A stretch of 64,000 bases of DNA from Ignavibacteria bacterium (GCA_009773205.1 WPAE01000002.1:3241-67240); one strand, 5' to 3'; counted from the first letter of the stretch, positions 39,768 through 50,477 are shown. The notes: generated from the letters alone by a model not told the origin. Made by a program: numbers and translations.

Positions 39768-40210
39768 TTTGCACCTTCGAGTTGCTTAGCTTCAAACATT
39801 TTTTTTAATATAAATACACCTGCAAGATAACTATTTTCTTTGAATCCCGATACATAACCTGAAGTTTTTGATGAAGTTAATTGAGTTTTTCGGAAATTTT
39901 CTCTACTAGAAATATTTGATAAATGTACTTCAATAATTGGTCTTCCTGAAGCCTCAATTGCATCGCGGATAGCTACGGAGGTATGCGAAAATCCACCTGG
40001 ATTTAAGATAATTCCGTCAAATTGATTAGAATCTTGAATGCTATCGCAAATGTCATGTTCAGAATTAGATTGAAAAAAAGTAAAATCATCTTTAGGAAAT
40101 TCGTTTTGAATTTTTGCTTCAATCATTTTTAAAGTAAGAATACCATATTGAGATTTATCCCTCATGCCAAGTAAACTAAGATTAGGTCCATTTATAACTA
40201 AAATTTTCAT
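39764..40210 (-). CDS. aroQ: Type II 3-dehydroquinate dehydratase
   Basis: INGPNLSLLG.R..QYG, FQSNSE, NPGGFSHTS, IEVHLSN. Confidence 0.95.
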   Translation of the reverse strand: MKILVINGPNLSLLGMRDKSQYGILTLKMIEAKIQNEFPKDDFTFFQSNSEHDICDSIQDSNQFDGIILNPGGFSHTSVAIRDAIEASGRPIIEVHLSNISSRENFRKTQLTSSKTSGYVSGFKENSYLAGVFILKKMFEAKQLEGAK

Positions 40211-40479
40211 GTAGTTTCGCTGATTTCTTCAATCACTTCTCTCAATTTAGGAGGAAGGTAAATTTCATTAACGCCTAATTCTTTGAGAGCGCTAGTTAAT
40301 ATAATAATCTTTCGCTGAAGTGATGAAAGTTTATTTATAACAATTGTTTTATCGGTTTTAACTATACAATATCCACCATTAAAATCACCTCTTTCAAAAC
40401 GAACCTTTGCGCCCAACTCCGAGGCAAGTTGCTTTAGCTCCAAAAGAATGCTTTCAAGTTCCTTTTCTTTTAATTTCAT
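40207..40479 (-). CDS. Conserved hypothetical protein
   Basis: 90 aa, translationally coupled; VRFERGDFNGGYC..IVINK, YLPPKLRE. Confidence 0.65.
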   Translation of the reverse strand: MKLKEKELESILLELKQLASELGAKVRFERGDFNGGYCIVKTDKTIVINKLSSLQRKIIILTSALKELGVNEIYLPPKLREVIEEISETT

Positions 40480-40991
40480 CAGTTCTTAGAGAGAGGTTTA
40501 AAAATTGTTAAAAATACTATTGCAAGATAGGAGAAAATTTCGATTAGTGGAAAACTACTAAGAATTGTAATCCGCTCTCTTACGAGGTATAGTATATTCA
40601 TCGGATCCGCTGCATTTGATAGTATAAGAGTTACTATATGGTAGTCTTTCACCATTAAAAAAAATTCAAACGGAGCAGTTACAGTTATAATGAGAAAAGA
40701 AATAAAAAGCCATCCCTCATTCCTTAAATTTCGCTTGGAAATAAATAAATAAACTATGAAGAGTAAGATAAACAGTGGAAACGATATCAAAGTTGTTACA
40801 AAGAGTGGCAATATGGTTATCCAAACTGTGCTTAGATTTTCTTGATTAAAAACAGAACGTAAAACTAATCCATCTGGTTCGAATAGTTGATATATTGCTA
40901 AATGCCGAGCGATGTAAGTACCTAACCATATTATGAAGGAAGAGACAACTAAAAATAGATTAAACTTGTGGAAAAGGTTATTATTTTTCAT
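40479..40991 (-). CDS. Hypothetical four-TM membrane protein
   Basis: Four hydrophobic segments; ends FKPL. Confidence 0.6.
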   Translation of the reverse strand: MKNNNLFHKFNLFLVVSSFIIWLGTYIARHLAIYQLFEPDGLVLRSVFNQENLSTVWITILPLFVTTLISFPLFILLFIVYLFISKRNLRNEGWLFISFLIITVTAPFEFFLMVKDYHIVTLILSNAADPMNILYLVRERITILSSFPLIEIFSYLAIVFLTIFKPLSKN

Positions 40992-41027
40992 AGGTAATTA
41001 TTTTTTTACAAAAAATATAAAAAAGTT

Positions 41028-41969
41028 ATGAATGTTGCTTCCATAGATTTAGGTTCTAACTCGGTTATTTTGCTTATAGTAAAGTACGATAAAGACATAC
41101 AAAGCATAATTAGTTTTCGAGATTATTACACAACACCCAGAATTAGTGAGAACGTATCTCAAACAGGTATTATTTCAAGCGAAGCGATATTTAGATTAAC
41201 TAAAGTACTATCAGATTTCTATAAAATAATAAATGAGAATGAATGCGAGAGCGTTCTTGTTAATGCTACAAACACATTTAGAATTGCAGAAAATTCAAGC
41301 GCAGTAAAAAAGAACTTAGAAGATAAGTTCAATTGGAATATTTCTATTATTACTGGCGAAGAAGAAGCGCGGCTATCTTACTTAGGTACAGTAATACCGC
41401 TATATAAGAATTGCACTTCCCTATTAATTGATATTGGAGGCGGTAGTACAGAATTTATTGTTGGAGCCGGACTTAAAATACATTTTAGTAAAAGCATTCA
41501 ACTTGGGGTTGTTACTTTGCATGAGCAATTTCCAATGAGTCTAACTTCAGAAGAGAGTTCTATACAAAAAGCTGAAAAATTTATAATTAGTAAACTACAC
41601 GAGTTAGATTTTAAAATTGGAAACAATTTAACTGCTTTAGCTGTTGCTGGCACACCTACAACTTTATCGGCAATTGCTCACAATGTAAAAAGTTATTCCA
41701 ATGAACTGGTAGATAATACTATTCTTGAATTAGAGAAGATCACAGCAATTCGGGATAGATTATTGCAACTCTCTTATGCTGAAATGAGAAATGAATTCGG
41801 TGATGTAGTTGCGGGACGCGAAGAATTAATTGCAGGTGGAAGTTTAATCTTAGAAACTATTATGAAGTATTTTCAGATTAAAAAGATAATTGTAAGTACA
41901 AAAGGTTTACGTTACGGTGCGGTTTACGATTATCTGATAAAACACAATCTTTACGAAATTAATAGCTGA
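41028..41969 (+). CDS. Ppx/GppA phosphatase family protein
   Basis: ASIDLGSNS, ITGEEEARLSYLG, DIGGGSTE, GLRYG. Confidence 0.9.
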   Translation: MNVASIDLGSNSVILLIVKYDKDIQSIISFRDYYTTPRISENVSQTGIISSEAIFRLTKVLSDFYKIINENECESVLVNATNTFRIAENSSAVKKNLEDKFNWNISIITGEEEARLSYLGTVIPLYKNCTSLLIDIGGGSTEFIVGAGLKIHFSKSIQLGVVTLHEQFPMSLTSEESSIQKAEKFIISKLHELDFKIGNNLTALAVAGTPTTLSAIAHNVKSYSNELVDNTILELEKITAIRDRLLQLSYAEMRNEFGDVVAGREELIAGGSLILETIMKYFQIKKIIVSTKGLRYGAVYDYLIKHNLYEINS

Positions 41970-42634
41970 TAACCGAAGATTATAAGAAAAATTATTACTC
42001 CAATAATTAATGATGTAATTTTTCTGCCGCCTATTTGTACATAAGTTGTTAAAACGAGTAGTAACAGAACCCATAAGTAAAACAAAAACTCAATTCCGTA
42101 TAATACATAGCTAACAAGAGGCTTAATTATTAATGGCGGCGGATTAATTGTGTACCAATAAAAACCGTAAAGTGCTATATGGAAAGGTGTAAGAAATACA
42201 AAAGCGAGAATTATAGGTGTAAGTGAATAAGTATAGATTGCCAGTATATCTTTGTGTCTGACTTGTATTTTTGACATTTTAAAAATTTCGGTGAGTAAAA
42301 AAGAAGCGCCTGTTAAAACTCCAATAGATAGCAACCCGCCTTTAAGAAAAGCATCAGATAATGATACATCATGGTTCAGATAATTGCTAAGAATATAGTA
42401 ATTGATACTAGATTTAATGAACCAAAGCGATAATAAAAAAAAAACAAAGTTCTTTTTTTCGGCTTGAATAATTTTTACAGCAGTTTCTGTAGGTGAAACA
42501 AATAAATTCCAAACAGTATCCCAAAGATCAATATTAGGAACGCGTGCTCGTAGAAACGAATTACAATTGCTACAATAAAGAGCAAAAATTGGATTGCACA
42601 CGCCGCAGTTATTACAAGTTAATTTATTTATCAC
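41951..42634 (-). CDS. Zinc-ribbon plus Yip1-like multi-pass membrane protein
   Basis: CNNCG..CSNC N-terminus followed by about five TM segments. Confidence 0.6.
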   Translation of the reverse strand: MINKLTCNNCGVCNPIFALYCSNCNSFLRARVPNIDLWDTVWNLFVSPTETAVKIIQAEKKNFVFFLLSLWFIKSSINYYILSNYLNHDVSLSDAFLKGGLLSIGVLTGASFLLTEIFKMSKIQVRHKDILAIYTYSLTPIILAFVFLTPFHIALYGFYWYTINPPPLIIKPLVSYVLYGIEFLFYLWVLLLLVLTTYVQIGGRKITSLIIGVIIFLIIFGYQLLIS

Positions 42635-42636
42635 AA

Positions 42637-43194
42637 TTAAAACCTAATTTTTAGTGAAAGCAGATAATTACCGCTCACTTGATCGGTTTCAACATCAAAA
42701 TCGAAAAGGTGTGCATCTACGTATGCATCTACAAGATTTAAGAAATATGTCAATCCAATAAACACGGCAAACATATCTCTCTGGTCTCTGTAAAATTCTC
42801 TTTCTTTATAGAAAGATTCTGCAACGCTATTATTAATTAAATTGTTGTAATATAAATCTCTGTATGTTTTGTAAGTATTATTGTTCGCATTCCATTGGTA
42901 TCCTAAATACCCTAATACTCCCAAAAACAATGGAATTTTCCAATATGATTCATTATAGTATTGACCAAAACCCGGTAAGATAGCACTTCTTAATACTGAA
43001 CCCCAAGCTGATTTTTGCATAATGAATTTTGATGTATCTGCAAGTGAAGAAATTTTAACGGAAATTGAATCGGTCTGAGAAATAGATTGTGCTCTAATAC
43101 TTGTAAGAAAAAATAAGCTGCAAAAAGCAAAACAAACAAATATCAAAGTTGGCTTTTTAATTATATCCTCTGCCAATTGTTTCAATAAGTTCAT
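42637..43194 (-). CDS. DUF5683-like protein (start uncertain)
   Basis: SAILPGFGQYYN..YWKIP, NLVDAYVDAHL.DFDV; downstream of parB. Confidence 0.75.
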   Translation of the reverse strand: MNLLKQLAEDIIKKPTLIFVCFAFCSLFFLTSIRAQSISQTDSISVKISSLADTSKFIMQKSAWGSVLRSAILPGFGQYYNESYWKIPLFLGVLGYLGYQWNANNNTYKTYRDLYYNNLINNSVAESFYKEREFYRDQRDMFAVFIGLTYFLNLVDAYVDAHLFDFDVETDQVSGNYLLSLKIRF

Positions 43195-44104
43195 ATAAGC
43201 GTTCTAGTTCTTCAGTTGAGTAGAACTCAATAATTATTTCTCCGGCGCCGCTTTTATCTTGCTTAAACATAACTTTAGTGCCGAGTAACCTCTGCATCTT
43301 TTCTTCAATTTCTTTTTTTGAAACGTCGTTAATTCTACCGTTTGTGGAACTTGTTGAAAGTTTTTGCTTTTTGCTTGGAGCAAAGGTCTTACGAACTGCT
43401 TCCTCTACTTTACGAACAGATAGACTATGTTTTATAATCTTTTCAAGGAGGTTTATTTGCAATATTTCGTTGTTTAAATTAATTAATGCACGAGCATGAC
43501 CTGTTGTAATTTCATCTTTAGCCAAGCTTTGCTGAATCTTTTGCGGAAGCTTTAGCAGCCTAATAAAATTTGTAACTGTTGTTCTGTCTTTACCTACTTT
43601 GTCTGCAATTTCTTCTTGAGTAAGATTGCACTCTTCCATCAATCTTTTGTATGCGTTCGCAATTTCAATAGCGTTTAGCTTTTCTCTTTGAATATTTTCA
43701 ATGAGAGCAAGAGCTATCATTGCCTCTTTTGTATCAACCTTTATAATGTAGGCAGGTATTTCTCTAATCCCAATTTCTTTGCAAGAACGGAGTCTTCGTT
43801 CGCCCGAAATCAATTCATAAGAATTGCTTTGAGTTCTGCGAACGGTAATTGGCTGAATAAGTCCATTTTCGAGTATTGATTTTTTTAATTCTTCGAGTGG
43901 AGTAGAATCAAATTCCATTCTAGGTTGATACGGATTAGGAGCTATTTTATCTACATCAATTTTGGCTAAAACATCTAACGAAGCTCCGTCATCTTTAGGT
44001 AATTCGTTGGAAGAGACTGCTATAGGAGCATCAATCTTATCTTTAATTTTGGGATTTATAAGAGCTTCTAAACCACGACCTAAACCTGGCTTTATCAAAT
44101 TCAC
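43157..44104 (-). CDS. parB: Chromosome partitioning protein ParB
   Basis: [60 protein letters not shown]. Confidence 0.96.
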   Translation of the reverse strand: MNLIKPGLGRGLEALINPKIKDKIDAPIAVSSNELPKDDGASLDVLAKIDVDKIAPNPYQPRMEFDSTPLEELKKSILENGLIQPITVRRTQSNSYELISGERRLRSCKEIGIREIPAYIIKVDTKEAMIALALIENIQREKLNAIEIANAYKRLMEECNLTQEEIADKVGKDRTTVTNFIRLLKLPQKIQQSLAKDEITTGHARALINLNNEILQINLLEKIIKHSLSVRKVEEAVRKTFAPSKKQKLSTSSTNGRINDVSKKEIEEKMQRLLGTKVMFKQDKSGAGEIIIEFYSTEELERLYELIETIGRGYN

Positions 44105-44892
44105 GTAGACACTTCCCTTTTCTGAAAATTATTTCTTTGAATTAATTCTGAAGCAAGCGAAATATAATTTTGTGCACCAATAGAACTTGCATCGTATAAA
44201 ATAACAGGTTTAGAGTGACTTGGCGCTTCGGATAATCTAACATTTCTATGAATTATTGTTTCATAAACTTTATTACCAAAATATTTTTTTACTTCATCAA
44301 CAACCTGATGGGAAAGACGAAGCCGTGTATCGAACATTGTTAAAACAACTCCTTCAACTGCAAGTTCTGGGTTTAGATTTTTCTTAACAATGTTAATTGT
44401 ATTTAAGAGCTGTCCAAGACCTTCAAGTGCAAAATACTCGCATTGAACAGGAATTAAAACAGAATTTGCAGAGCTTAGCGCATTTAATGTTAATAGCCCA
44501 AGCGATGGAGGACAATCAATAAAAATAAAATCGTAATTGTTTAGTAGAGGCTCAAGAGATTTTTTGAGTATATATTCGCGGGCTTCTAAGGATACCATTT
44601 CAACCTCTGCGCCAACTAAATTTATGTTGGAAGGAAGAATATCTAAAAACGGCATATAAGTGTTTTGAATGCAGTATTTTGCTGGCTCTTCACCAATTAA
44701 AACTTGATAAACAGATAAATCGTTGTTCTCAACACCTAAACCGGAAGTTGAATTAGCTTGTGGATCAATATCAATTAATAAAGTTCTAAACTCGGCAGCG
44801 GCTACCGAAGCGGAAAGATTAATTGCAGTTGTAGTTTTTCCAACGCCGCCTTTCTGATTTGCAATTACAATTGTTTTTGCCATATTTCTCAT
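44101..44892 (-). CDS. parA: Chromosome partitioning ATPase ParA/Soj
   Basis: [42 protein letters not shown]. Confidence 0.96.
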   Translation of the reverse strand: MRNMAKTIVIANQKGGVGKTTTAINLSASVAAAEFRTLLIDIDPQANSTSGLGVENNDLSVYQVLIGEEPAKYCIQNTYMPFLDILPSNINLVGAEVEMVSLEAREYILKKSLEPLLNNYDFIFIDCPPSLGLLTLNALSSANSVLIPVQCEYFALEGLGQLLNTINIVKKNLNPELAVEGVVLTMFDTRLRLSHQVVDEVKKYFGNKVYETIIHRNVRLSEAPSHSKPVILYDASSIGAQNYISLASELIQRNNFQKREVST

Positions 44893-44898
44893 AATAAA

Positions 44899-45576
44899 TT
44901 AAAGTTCTATTTCTTCGCCAAATTGCATAACTATACTTTGTTTACCTAACTCTTCAACTCTCTTTTTGAAATCAAACGGATCGGCTGCGATAAGAGGAAA
45001 TGTATTATAATGCATCGGGATAGCAATTTTTGGGTTTGCTAACTCTACGGCTTTTACTGCATCTGTAATTCCCATTGTAAAATTATCACCAATTGGCAGC
45101 AGCATATAATCAATGTGAGTTATTTCGCCAATCAATTTCATATCGTAAAAAAGTCCAGTATCTCCTGTATGATATACACTCTTCCCATCAATAGTTAAAA
45201 TAACTCCTGAAGGTTCTGCAGCATAGTAGTTATCTGGCGTCATTGAACCATGATGTGCAATTGTAAGTTTAACTCTGCCAAATTCAAAATTGTAACTGCC
45301 GCCTATATGCATATTATGTGCGTTGAAGCCTTTTTCAGAAACATAATTTGCAAGTTCATTCAAGCAAATAAAGAGTGAATTACAACGTTTAGCAATTTTA
45401 AAGGCATCGCCCAAATGATCGCCGTGACCGTGAGTTAGAATTATGTAATCTGCATTCACTTCTTCGGATTTAACCGGAGAAGTTGGGTTATCGTCTAAAA
45501 AAGGATCAATCAGAATTACTTTTCCATCAGAAGCCGTTAGCTGAAATGCCGAATGCGAAAAATATCTCAGCTTCAT
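44899..45576 (-). CDS. Metallo-beta-lactamase-fold hydrolase (UPF0173-like)
   Basis: THGHGDHLGD, YHTGDT, LLPIGD, IPMHYNTF. Confidence 0.88.
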   Translation of the reverse strand: MKLRYFSHSAFQLTASDGKVILIDPFLDDNPTSPVKSEEVNADYIILTHGHGDHLGDAFKIAKRCNSLFICLNELANYVSEKGFNAHNMHIGGSYNFEFGRVKLTIAHHGSMTPDNYYAAEPSGVILTIDGKSVYHTGDTGLFYDMKLIGEITHIDYMLLPIGDNFTMGITDAVKAVELANPKIAIPMHYNTFPLIAADPFDFKKRVEELGKQSIVMQFGEEIEL

Positions 45577-45652
45577 AGCGTTCTCCTTTTATTTGTTGTA
45601 GTAATATTTGATTGCAAATTTAGTTATTTCTTTGTTACAATTTTTATAAATA

Positions 45653-46465
45653 CTAACTCTTAGCACCTTGAAATATACCACGTATTCCCCTTTCAGAAGA
45701 TTTTTTAAGCGACTCGTTAAGTATGCGTTTTAATGAATCTTTTGATAAGCCGGTTTTAAGATTGCCGTTTTCTGCAACAGAAATGCTTCCAGTTTCTTCT
45801 GATACTATAACAGAAATAACATCTGCCATTTCCGAAATTCCAAGCCCGGCTCTATGGCGCATACCAAGAACTCTTCCATCTTTCTTTGTCTCGGTAGAAA
45901 GAGGCAAAGTGCATCTGGCGGCTTCAATAATTTCGTTGTTAATAATTACAGCGCCATCGTGTAATGGCGATCTAGGGAAAAAGATTGAGCGTAGTAAATT
46001 CTTTGTAACTTTCGAATCAACCGGTTCACCAGTTTCTGCAACGCCGCGTATTCCACCAGTTTTTACAATTACCATAAGCGCGCCATGCTGGTTTTGTGCA
46101 AGTTCATAAGCTGATTCAGCAATTACATCTGTTATTGTTGTATGATCATTTTTTATGAAATAACTAATTAATGGGCTTCTGCCGATGAGAACTAAAATTC
46201 TTCTTATCTCTGGTTGAAAAAGAATGATGAAAGCAATTACCCAAATATCTGAAAGAAGTTTTAGCAGCCAGCCTAAAGCTTTTAAATTAGCTGCTTGTAC
46301 CAATAGAGAAAGAAGCAACACAAGAATTAAACCGAAGAAAATCTGTGAAGCAATAGTTCTGCGAATAATAGTATAAATTTTGTAAAAGATTGCAGTAACT
46401 AACACGATGTCAATTACATCGAGCATTGTAACCGAAAGAAAACCTATGCGAAATAATTCAAACAT
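45653..46465 (-). CDS. cdaA: Diadenylate cyclase CdaA/DacA
   Basis: Three N-terminal TMs, FQPEIRR, SPLHDGAV (DGA), GMRHRA (RHR), VSEETG. Confidence 0.93.
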   Translation of the reverse strand: MFELFRIGFLSVTMLDVIDIVLVTAIFYKIYTIIRRTIASQIFFGLILVLLLSLLVQAANLKALGWLLKLLSDIWVIAFIILFQPEIRRILVLIGRSPLISYFIKNDHTTITDVIAESAYELAQNQHGALMVIVKTGGIRGVAETGEPVDSKVTKNLLRSIFFPRSPLHDGAVIINNEIIEAARCTLPLSTETKKDGRVLGMRHRAGLGISEMADVISVIVSEETGSISVAENGNLKTGLSKDSLKRILNESLKKSSERGIRGIFQGAKS

Positions 46466-47639
46466 TTTCTAATAGTTCCGGGGATTCAAAAAATTTGTTT
46501 AGTTCTACAGCATATTTTGTTTTTTTTACGTTGTGTGTACGTATAAAACGTGCACAATTCTTTATTGCAATTGTTTCTGCAATTAAAGTTGGGTCTTCCC
46601 TTTCATCTATTTGTAAATTTAATGCTTTACCCAAAAATGATTTCTTTGATAAACCAACAAGTATTGGATACCCAATACCTCTAAACTCTTGCAGTCTTTT
46701 TATTATTTCATAATTATCAATAACTCTTTTGCCAAACCCAATCCCGGGGTCAATAATTATATTCTTTACACCAACTTTTTTTGCTTGGTCTGCTTTATTT
46801 ATCAGATAGTCATAAATCTCACTAACAACTTCATTATAAGTTGGATTAATCTGCATAGACTTTGGCTCGCCTTTAATGTGCATCAAAACATAAGAAGCAT
46901 TGTATTTTTTAACTACTTCTAATATCTGTAGATCATTATTAAATCCGTTTATATCATTAATAATTTTAGCACCGGCTTTAAGCGCTTCTTCAGCAACTTT
47001 AGATTTGCTTGTGTCCACAGAAATTAATGCTTCCGGTTTTAGTTTAAGTATTTCATTAATAACAGGAATAACTCTGTTTAATTCTTCCTCATCACTAATA
47101 GATTCTGCACCGGGACGGGAAGATTCTCCTCCAATATCTAAAATATCAGCGCCATCGTTAAGTAACTCAATTCCTTTAGTGGCAGCTCTTTCTACAGAAA
47201 AATATTTACCTCCGTCAGAAAAAGAATCCGGCGTTACATTTAATATTCCAAAGATGTAAGAATTATTTAACGAGAACTTCTTACCGCCTATTTGAATTTC
47301 TAACTCGTTATAACCAATTATATTGTTAATTGTGTGAGTGATTTTTCGGCCGAGATCTTCGTTTCCAATTGCTATTATTTCTTTAGCAAGCTCTTTAAAT
47401 ACAGAATAAGAACCTAAAACCAATAATTCACATTTATCGGTTTGATTTACTGCGGTAGTGTAACAAATCTCTTTGTTGTTCAAGATAATTTTCTTAATAG
47501 ATTTTGAAAAACGATAATTAAGCCCTCTTATTTCTAAGCCAAGAATGTCTTTCTCGTAAAGGTTTCTGAAAATATTGTACTTAACAGAAAATCTTTTAAA
47601 TACATCAGCAAAAAAGAGCTCGATAATGTGAACTGTCAA
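46458..47639 (-). CDS. folP: Dihydropteroate synthase with N-terminal extension
   Basis: GILNVTPDSFSDGG, IGGESSRPG, SVDTS, DPGIGFGK, SKKSF, RTHNV. Confidence 0.93.
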   Translation of the reverse strand: MTVHIIELFFADVFKRFSVKYNIFRNLYEKDILGLEIRGLNYRFSKSIKKIILNNKEICYTTAVNQTDKCELLVLGSYSVFKELAKEIIAIGNEDLGRKITHTINNIIGYNELEIQIGGKKFSLNNSYIFGILNVTPDSFSDGGKYFSVERAATKGIELLNDGADILDIGGESSRPGAESISDEEELNRVIPVINEILKLKPEALISVDTSKSKVAEEALKAGAKIINDINGFNNDLQILEVVKKYNASYVLMHIKGEPKSMQINPTYNEVVSEIYDYLINKADQAKKVGVKNIIIDPGIGFGKRVIDNYEIIKRLQEFRGIGYPILVGLSKKSFLGKALNLQIDEREDPTLIAETIAIKNCARFIRTHNVKKTKYAVELNKFFESPELLENV

Positions 47640-47724
47640 ATCGTCCTCAAAAAAAGATTATTAGTTAATTTCTAACTGAAATTAAGAAAAAATGATTTGG
47701 AAGTTGTTTCTGCAAAAAAACTTA

Positions 47725-48384
47725 TTAAGAAAGCAGGTTCTTAAACTCAACTGTTGAGGCAGTAATATTATCGTTCTTAAATATCGAGTTACCGATTACA
47801 AAAGAGTTGCAGCCAGCTTCCAAAACAGTTTTTACGTTATTAAGGTCAATACCGCCATCTACTTGAATTAGATATTTGTAGTTGCTATCAGTTCTAAGTT
47901 TATCTAATTCTATAATTTTATTTAAAGAGCCTTCTATAAACTTCTGCCCGCCGAATCCTGGATTAACAGACATTACCAAAATCATATCAACAATTGGAAG
48001 CACTTCTTTTAGTGAAGATACAGGTGTTGCAGGGTTAACAGCTACTCCAGCTTTTGCTCCCAACTCTTTTATTCTGGTTAAAGTTCTATGTAAGTGAACA
48101 ACCTCTTCTTGATGAATAGTGATATAATCTGCGCCGGCGTTAATAAATTCTTCAAGTAAATTATCGGGAGTTTTAATCATCAAATGAGCATCTAATGGCA
48201 GCTTAGTAGATTTACGAATAGCTTTTAAAACAATTGGACCAAAAGTAATATTAGGAACAAACTGCCCATCCATAATATCGCAATGAATCCAATCTGCTCC
48301 GCCAAGTTCTACGCAACGAATTTGTTGTGCAAGGTTAGAAAAATCTGCAGTTAAAATTGAAGGCGCTAAAATTTTGTTTTTCAT
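47725..48384 (-). CDS. rpe: Ribulose-phosphate 3-epimerase
   Basis: APSIL, HCDIMDGQFVPN, DAHLM, MSVNPGFGGQ, QVDGG. Confidence 0.97.
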   Translation of the reverse strand: MKNKILAPSILTADFSNLAQQIRCVELGGADWIHCDIMDGQFVPNITFGPIVLKAIRKSTKLPLDAHLMIKTPDNLLEEFINAGADYITIHQEEVVHLHRTLTRIKELGAKAGVAVNPATPVSSLKEVLPIVDMILVMSVNPGFGGQKFIEGSLNKIIELDKLRTDSNYKYLIQVDGGIDLNNVKTVLEAGCNSFVIGNSIFKNDNITASTVEFKNLLS

Positions 48385-49121
48385 CTTACACCTGTTTTAC
48401 TGCCAACTAAATCAACATTAACGCTATCGCCAATATTTATCAAAGTGCCTTCGGGTGGGAAATGATTAATAACTGTGTTTGGCAGATAAGTACTTGAGCG
48501 GAAAAAAGTTTGAGTTCCAATTCTTATTTGCAATTGCTTTAATATGTTTTCTGCTTCAGAAAAAGATCTGCCAATTAAATCCGGAACGCGAACCATTCCT
48601 TGTTGAGGTCCAATACTTATTTTTACATTTACATTAGAACCTTTTGCTAATTCTCTGCCTTGGAAATATTGCTGTTCAACTATAATGTTTGGGTCTGTTT
48701 CAGATTCAACAGAATCAATTTCACCCAAAAATAAACCTGCACGTTCGAGTGTAACTTGAGCATCACGAATAGTTTTATTTACAATGAAAGGAACACGAAC
48801 GAGCTGTTCTCCTCCGCTAACTGTAATGTAAACTCTCCTGCCACCTTTAACTAACTTATTCGCCTCCGGCTTCTGAAATATTATTTTATCTTTACCATAC
48901 TTTTCATCATAGCGAGTTGTTTGAATAATTGGAGTTAAACCTGCATCGTTAATTAGCTCAAATGCTTTTTCCTTATCAATGCCAATTACATTAGGAATCT
49001 TAATTTCACTTCCGCTAACGTAAATTGGCATAATTATCAGATCGAAAATAAATAACACACCAGAAGCAAGAATTAGAGCAGAAACTACCGGCTTCCAAAT
49101 ATTTTTTGATTGCTTTTTCAT
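48381..49121 (-). CDS. PASTA-domain protein (three PASTA repeats, no kinase domain)
   Basis: N-terminal TM; repeats IPNVIG / VPFIVN / VPDLIG. Confidence 0.88.
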   Translation of the reverse strand: MKKQSKNIWKPVVSALILASGVLFIFDLIIMPIYVSGSEIKIPNVIGIDKEKAFELINDAGLTPIIQTTRYDEKYGKDKIIFQKPEANKLVKGGRRVYITVSGGEQLVRVPFIVNKTIRDAQVTLERAGLFLGEIDSVESETDPNIIVEQQYFQGRELAKGSNVNVKISIGPQQGMVRVPDLIGRSFSEAENILKQLQIRIGTQTFFRSSTYLPNTVINHFPPEGTLINIGDSVNVDLVGSKTGVR

Positions 49122-49233
49122 ACATCAAATATATTAAAGAAGGGCTTTCTTGCAAAATAGAAGATTTGAATGAATTTTTGTTTATTCGGTAAGTGTCTTT
49201 TTTTTATTTTAGCTTCAACAAACTGAACTAATT

Positions 49234-50475
49234 ATGAAAAAGAATATCTGTTTATTTGAAGACGAAAAATATGAGAATTTGTTACCGCTTGCCTTTACTC
49301 GACCAGTTTATGATTTACGCTGCGGGATTTTAACTTTGCGGGAAAAACTTAGTTACCACCTCCCAAATATCAAATTTTGCTTGCATACAAGAAAAATTTT
49401 ACACAATTCTGTCCAAGAAAGAAATCCAAAATTCAGTGTTAATTATTATGGCAGCGAAGATATTCTCTTCATAAATGGACGGCTGCTTATAGACAAACAG
49501 ACTGCTAAAGAAATTAAAAAACTTGAGCTAAACTATGCTTTAACTTGCAGCGGAGAAATTATAGCCGCTAATGTTACTTCTAATCTTGTAGAACAATTAT
49601 TTTCTGATGACTCGGAATTTATTCGCTTTGAAAGGATTAAATTGAACAGCAAAGAAATTTCAGCAAAGCTAATTTGTTATCCTTGGAACTTAGTAAATGA
49701 GAATGGTAATCAAATCAAAAGCGATTATTCGCTTCTTGTAAAAGAGTCTGCAACTAGTAAAAAGCACTCGTCTGTTGAGTATTCGAATAAGAAAGAAATT
49801 TATGTTGCAAGAGGTGCGAAGATTAACCCTTTTGTTCATCTCGATGCAAGTGATGGTCCAATCTATATTTCTAAAGGTGTGCATATAATGTCGCACAGTT
49901 TAATTCAAGGTCCTGTATTTATTGGAGAAGACACAGTAGTAAAAGCTCATGCGTCAATTTATCACGATACCAGTATAGGTGAAGTCTGTAAAGTTGGCGG
50001 TGAAATAGAAGCATCAATAATTCATTCACATTCCAACAAACAGCATGAAGGTTTTTTAGGACACGCTTACTTAGGCAGCTGGATTAATCTTGGAGCTAGC
50101 ACAAACAACAGCGATTTAAAGAACAATTACAGCTCTGTATCAGTTTTGATTAAAGGAAAGAATGTTGATACAAAATCACAATTTGTTGGGTTAATAATGG
50201 GAGACCACTCAAAGACCGCAATAAATACAATGTTTAATACAGGTACGATTGTTGGCGTGTCATGTAATATTTTTGGCGCCGGTTTTCCAGCCAGATATAT
50301 TCCTTCGTTTTCTTGGGGCGGTTCAGATTTTCTACGCAATTACGATATAGAAAAATGTATTGAAGTTGCACGTGTAGTCTTCGGAAGAAGAAAAATTTTA
50401 CTTACTTATGCTGAAGAGGAGTTGCTGCGTAATGTTTACGAGCTGACAAAACATGAAAAAGTAAAGAAATCTTAA
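49234..50475 (+). CDS. GlmU-family putative sugar nucleotidyl/acyltransferase
   Basis: LLPLAFTRPVYDLRCGILTLREK, INGR; hexapeptide region; SNKQHEGFLGH, LGASTNNSDLKN. Confidence 0.8.
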   Translation: MKKNICLFEDEKYENLLPLAFTRPVYDLRCGILTLREKLSYHLPNIKFCLHTRKILHNSVQERNPKFSVNYYGSEDILFINGRLLIDKQTAKEIKKLELNYALTCSGEIIAANVTSNLVEQLFSDDSEFIRFERIKLNSKEISAKLICYPWNLVNENGNQIKSDYSLLVKESATSKKHSSVEYSNKKEIYVARGAKINPFVHLDASDGPIYISKGVHIMSHSLIQGPVFIGEDTVVKAHASIYHDTSIGEVCKVGGEIEASIIHSHSNKQHEGFLGHAYLGSWINLGASTNNSDLKNNYSSVSVLIKGKNVDTKSQFVGLIMGDHSKTAINTMFNTGTIVGVSCNIFGAGFPARYIPSFSWGGSDFLRNYDIEKCIEVARVVFGRRKILLTYAEEELLRNVYELTKHEKVKKS

Positions 50476-50477
50476 CA

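Noticed and set aside
43157-44892. parS site near parAB
   Set aside because: No TGTTTCACGTGAAACA-like palindrome spotted by eye; a mismatch-tolerant scan is still needed.
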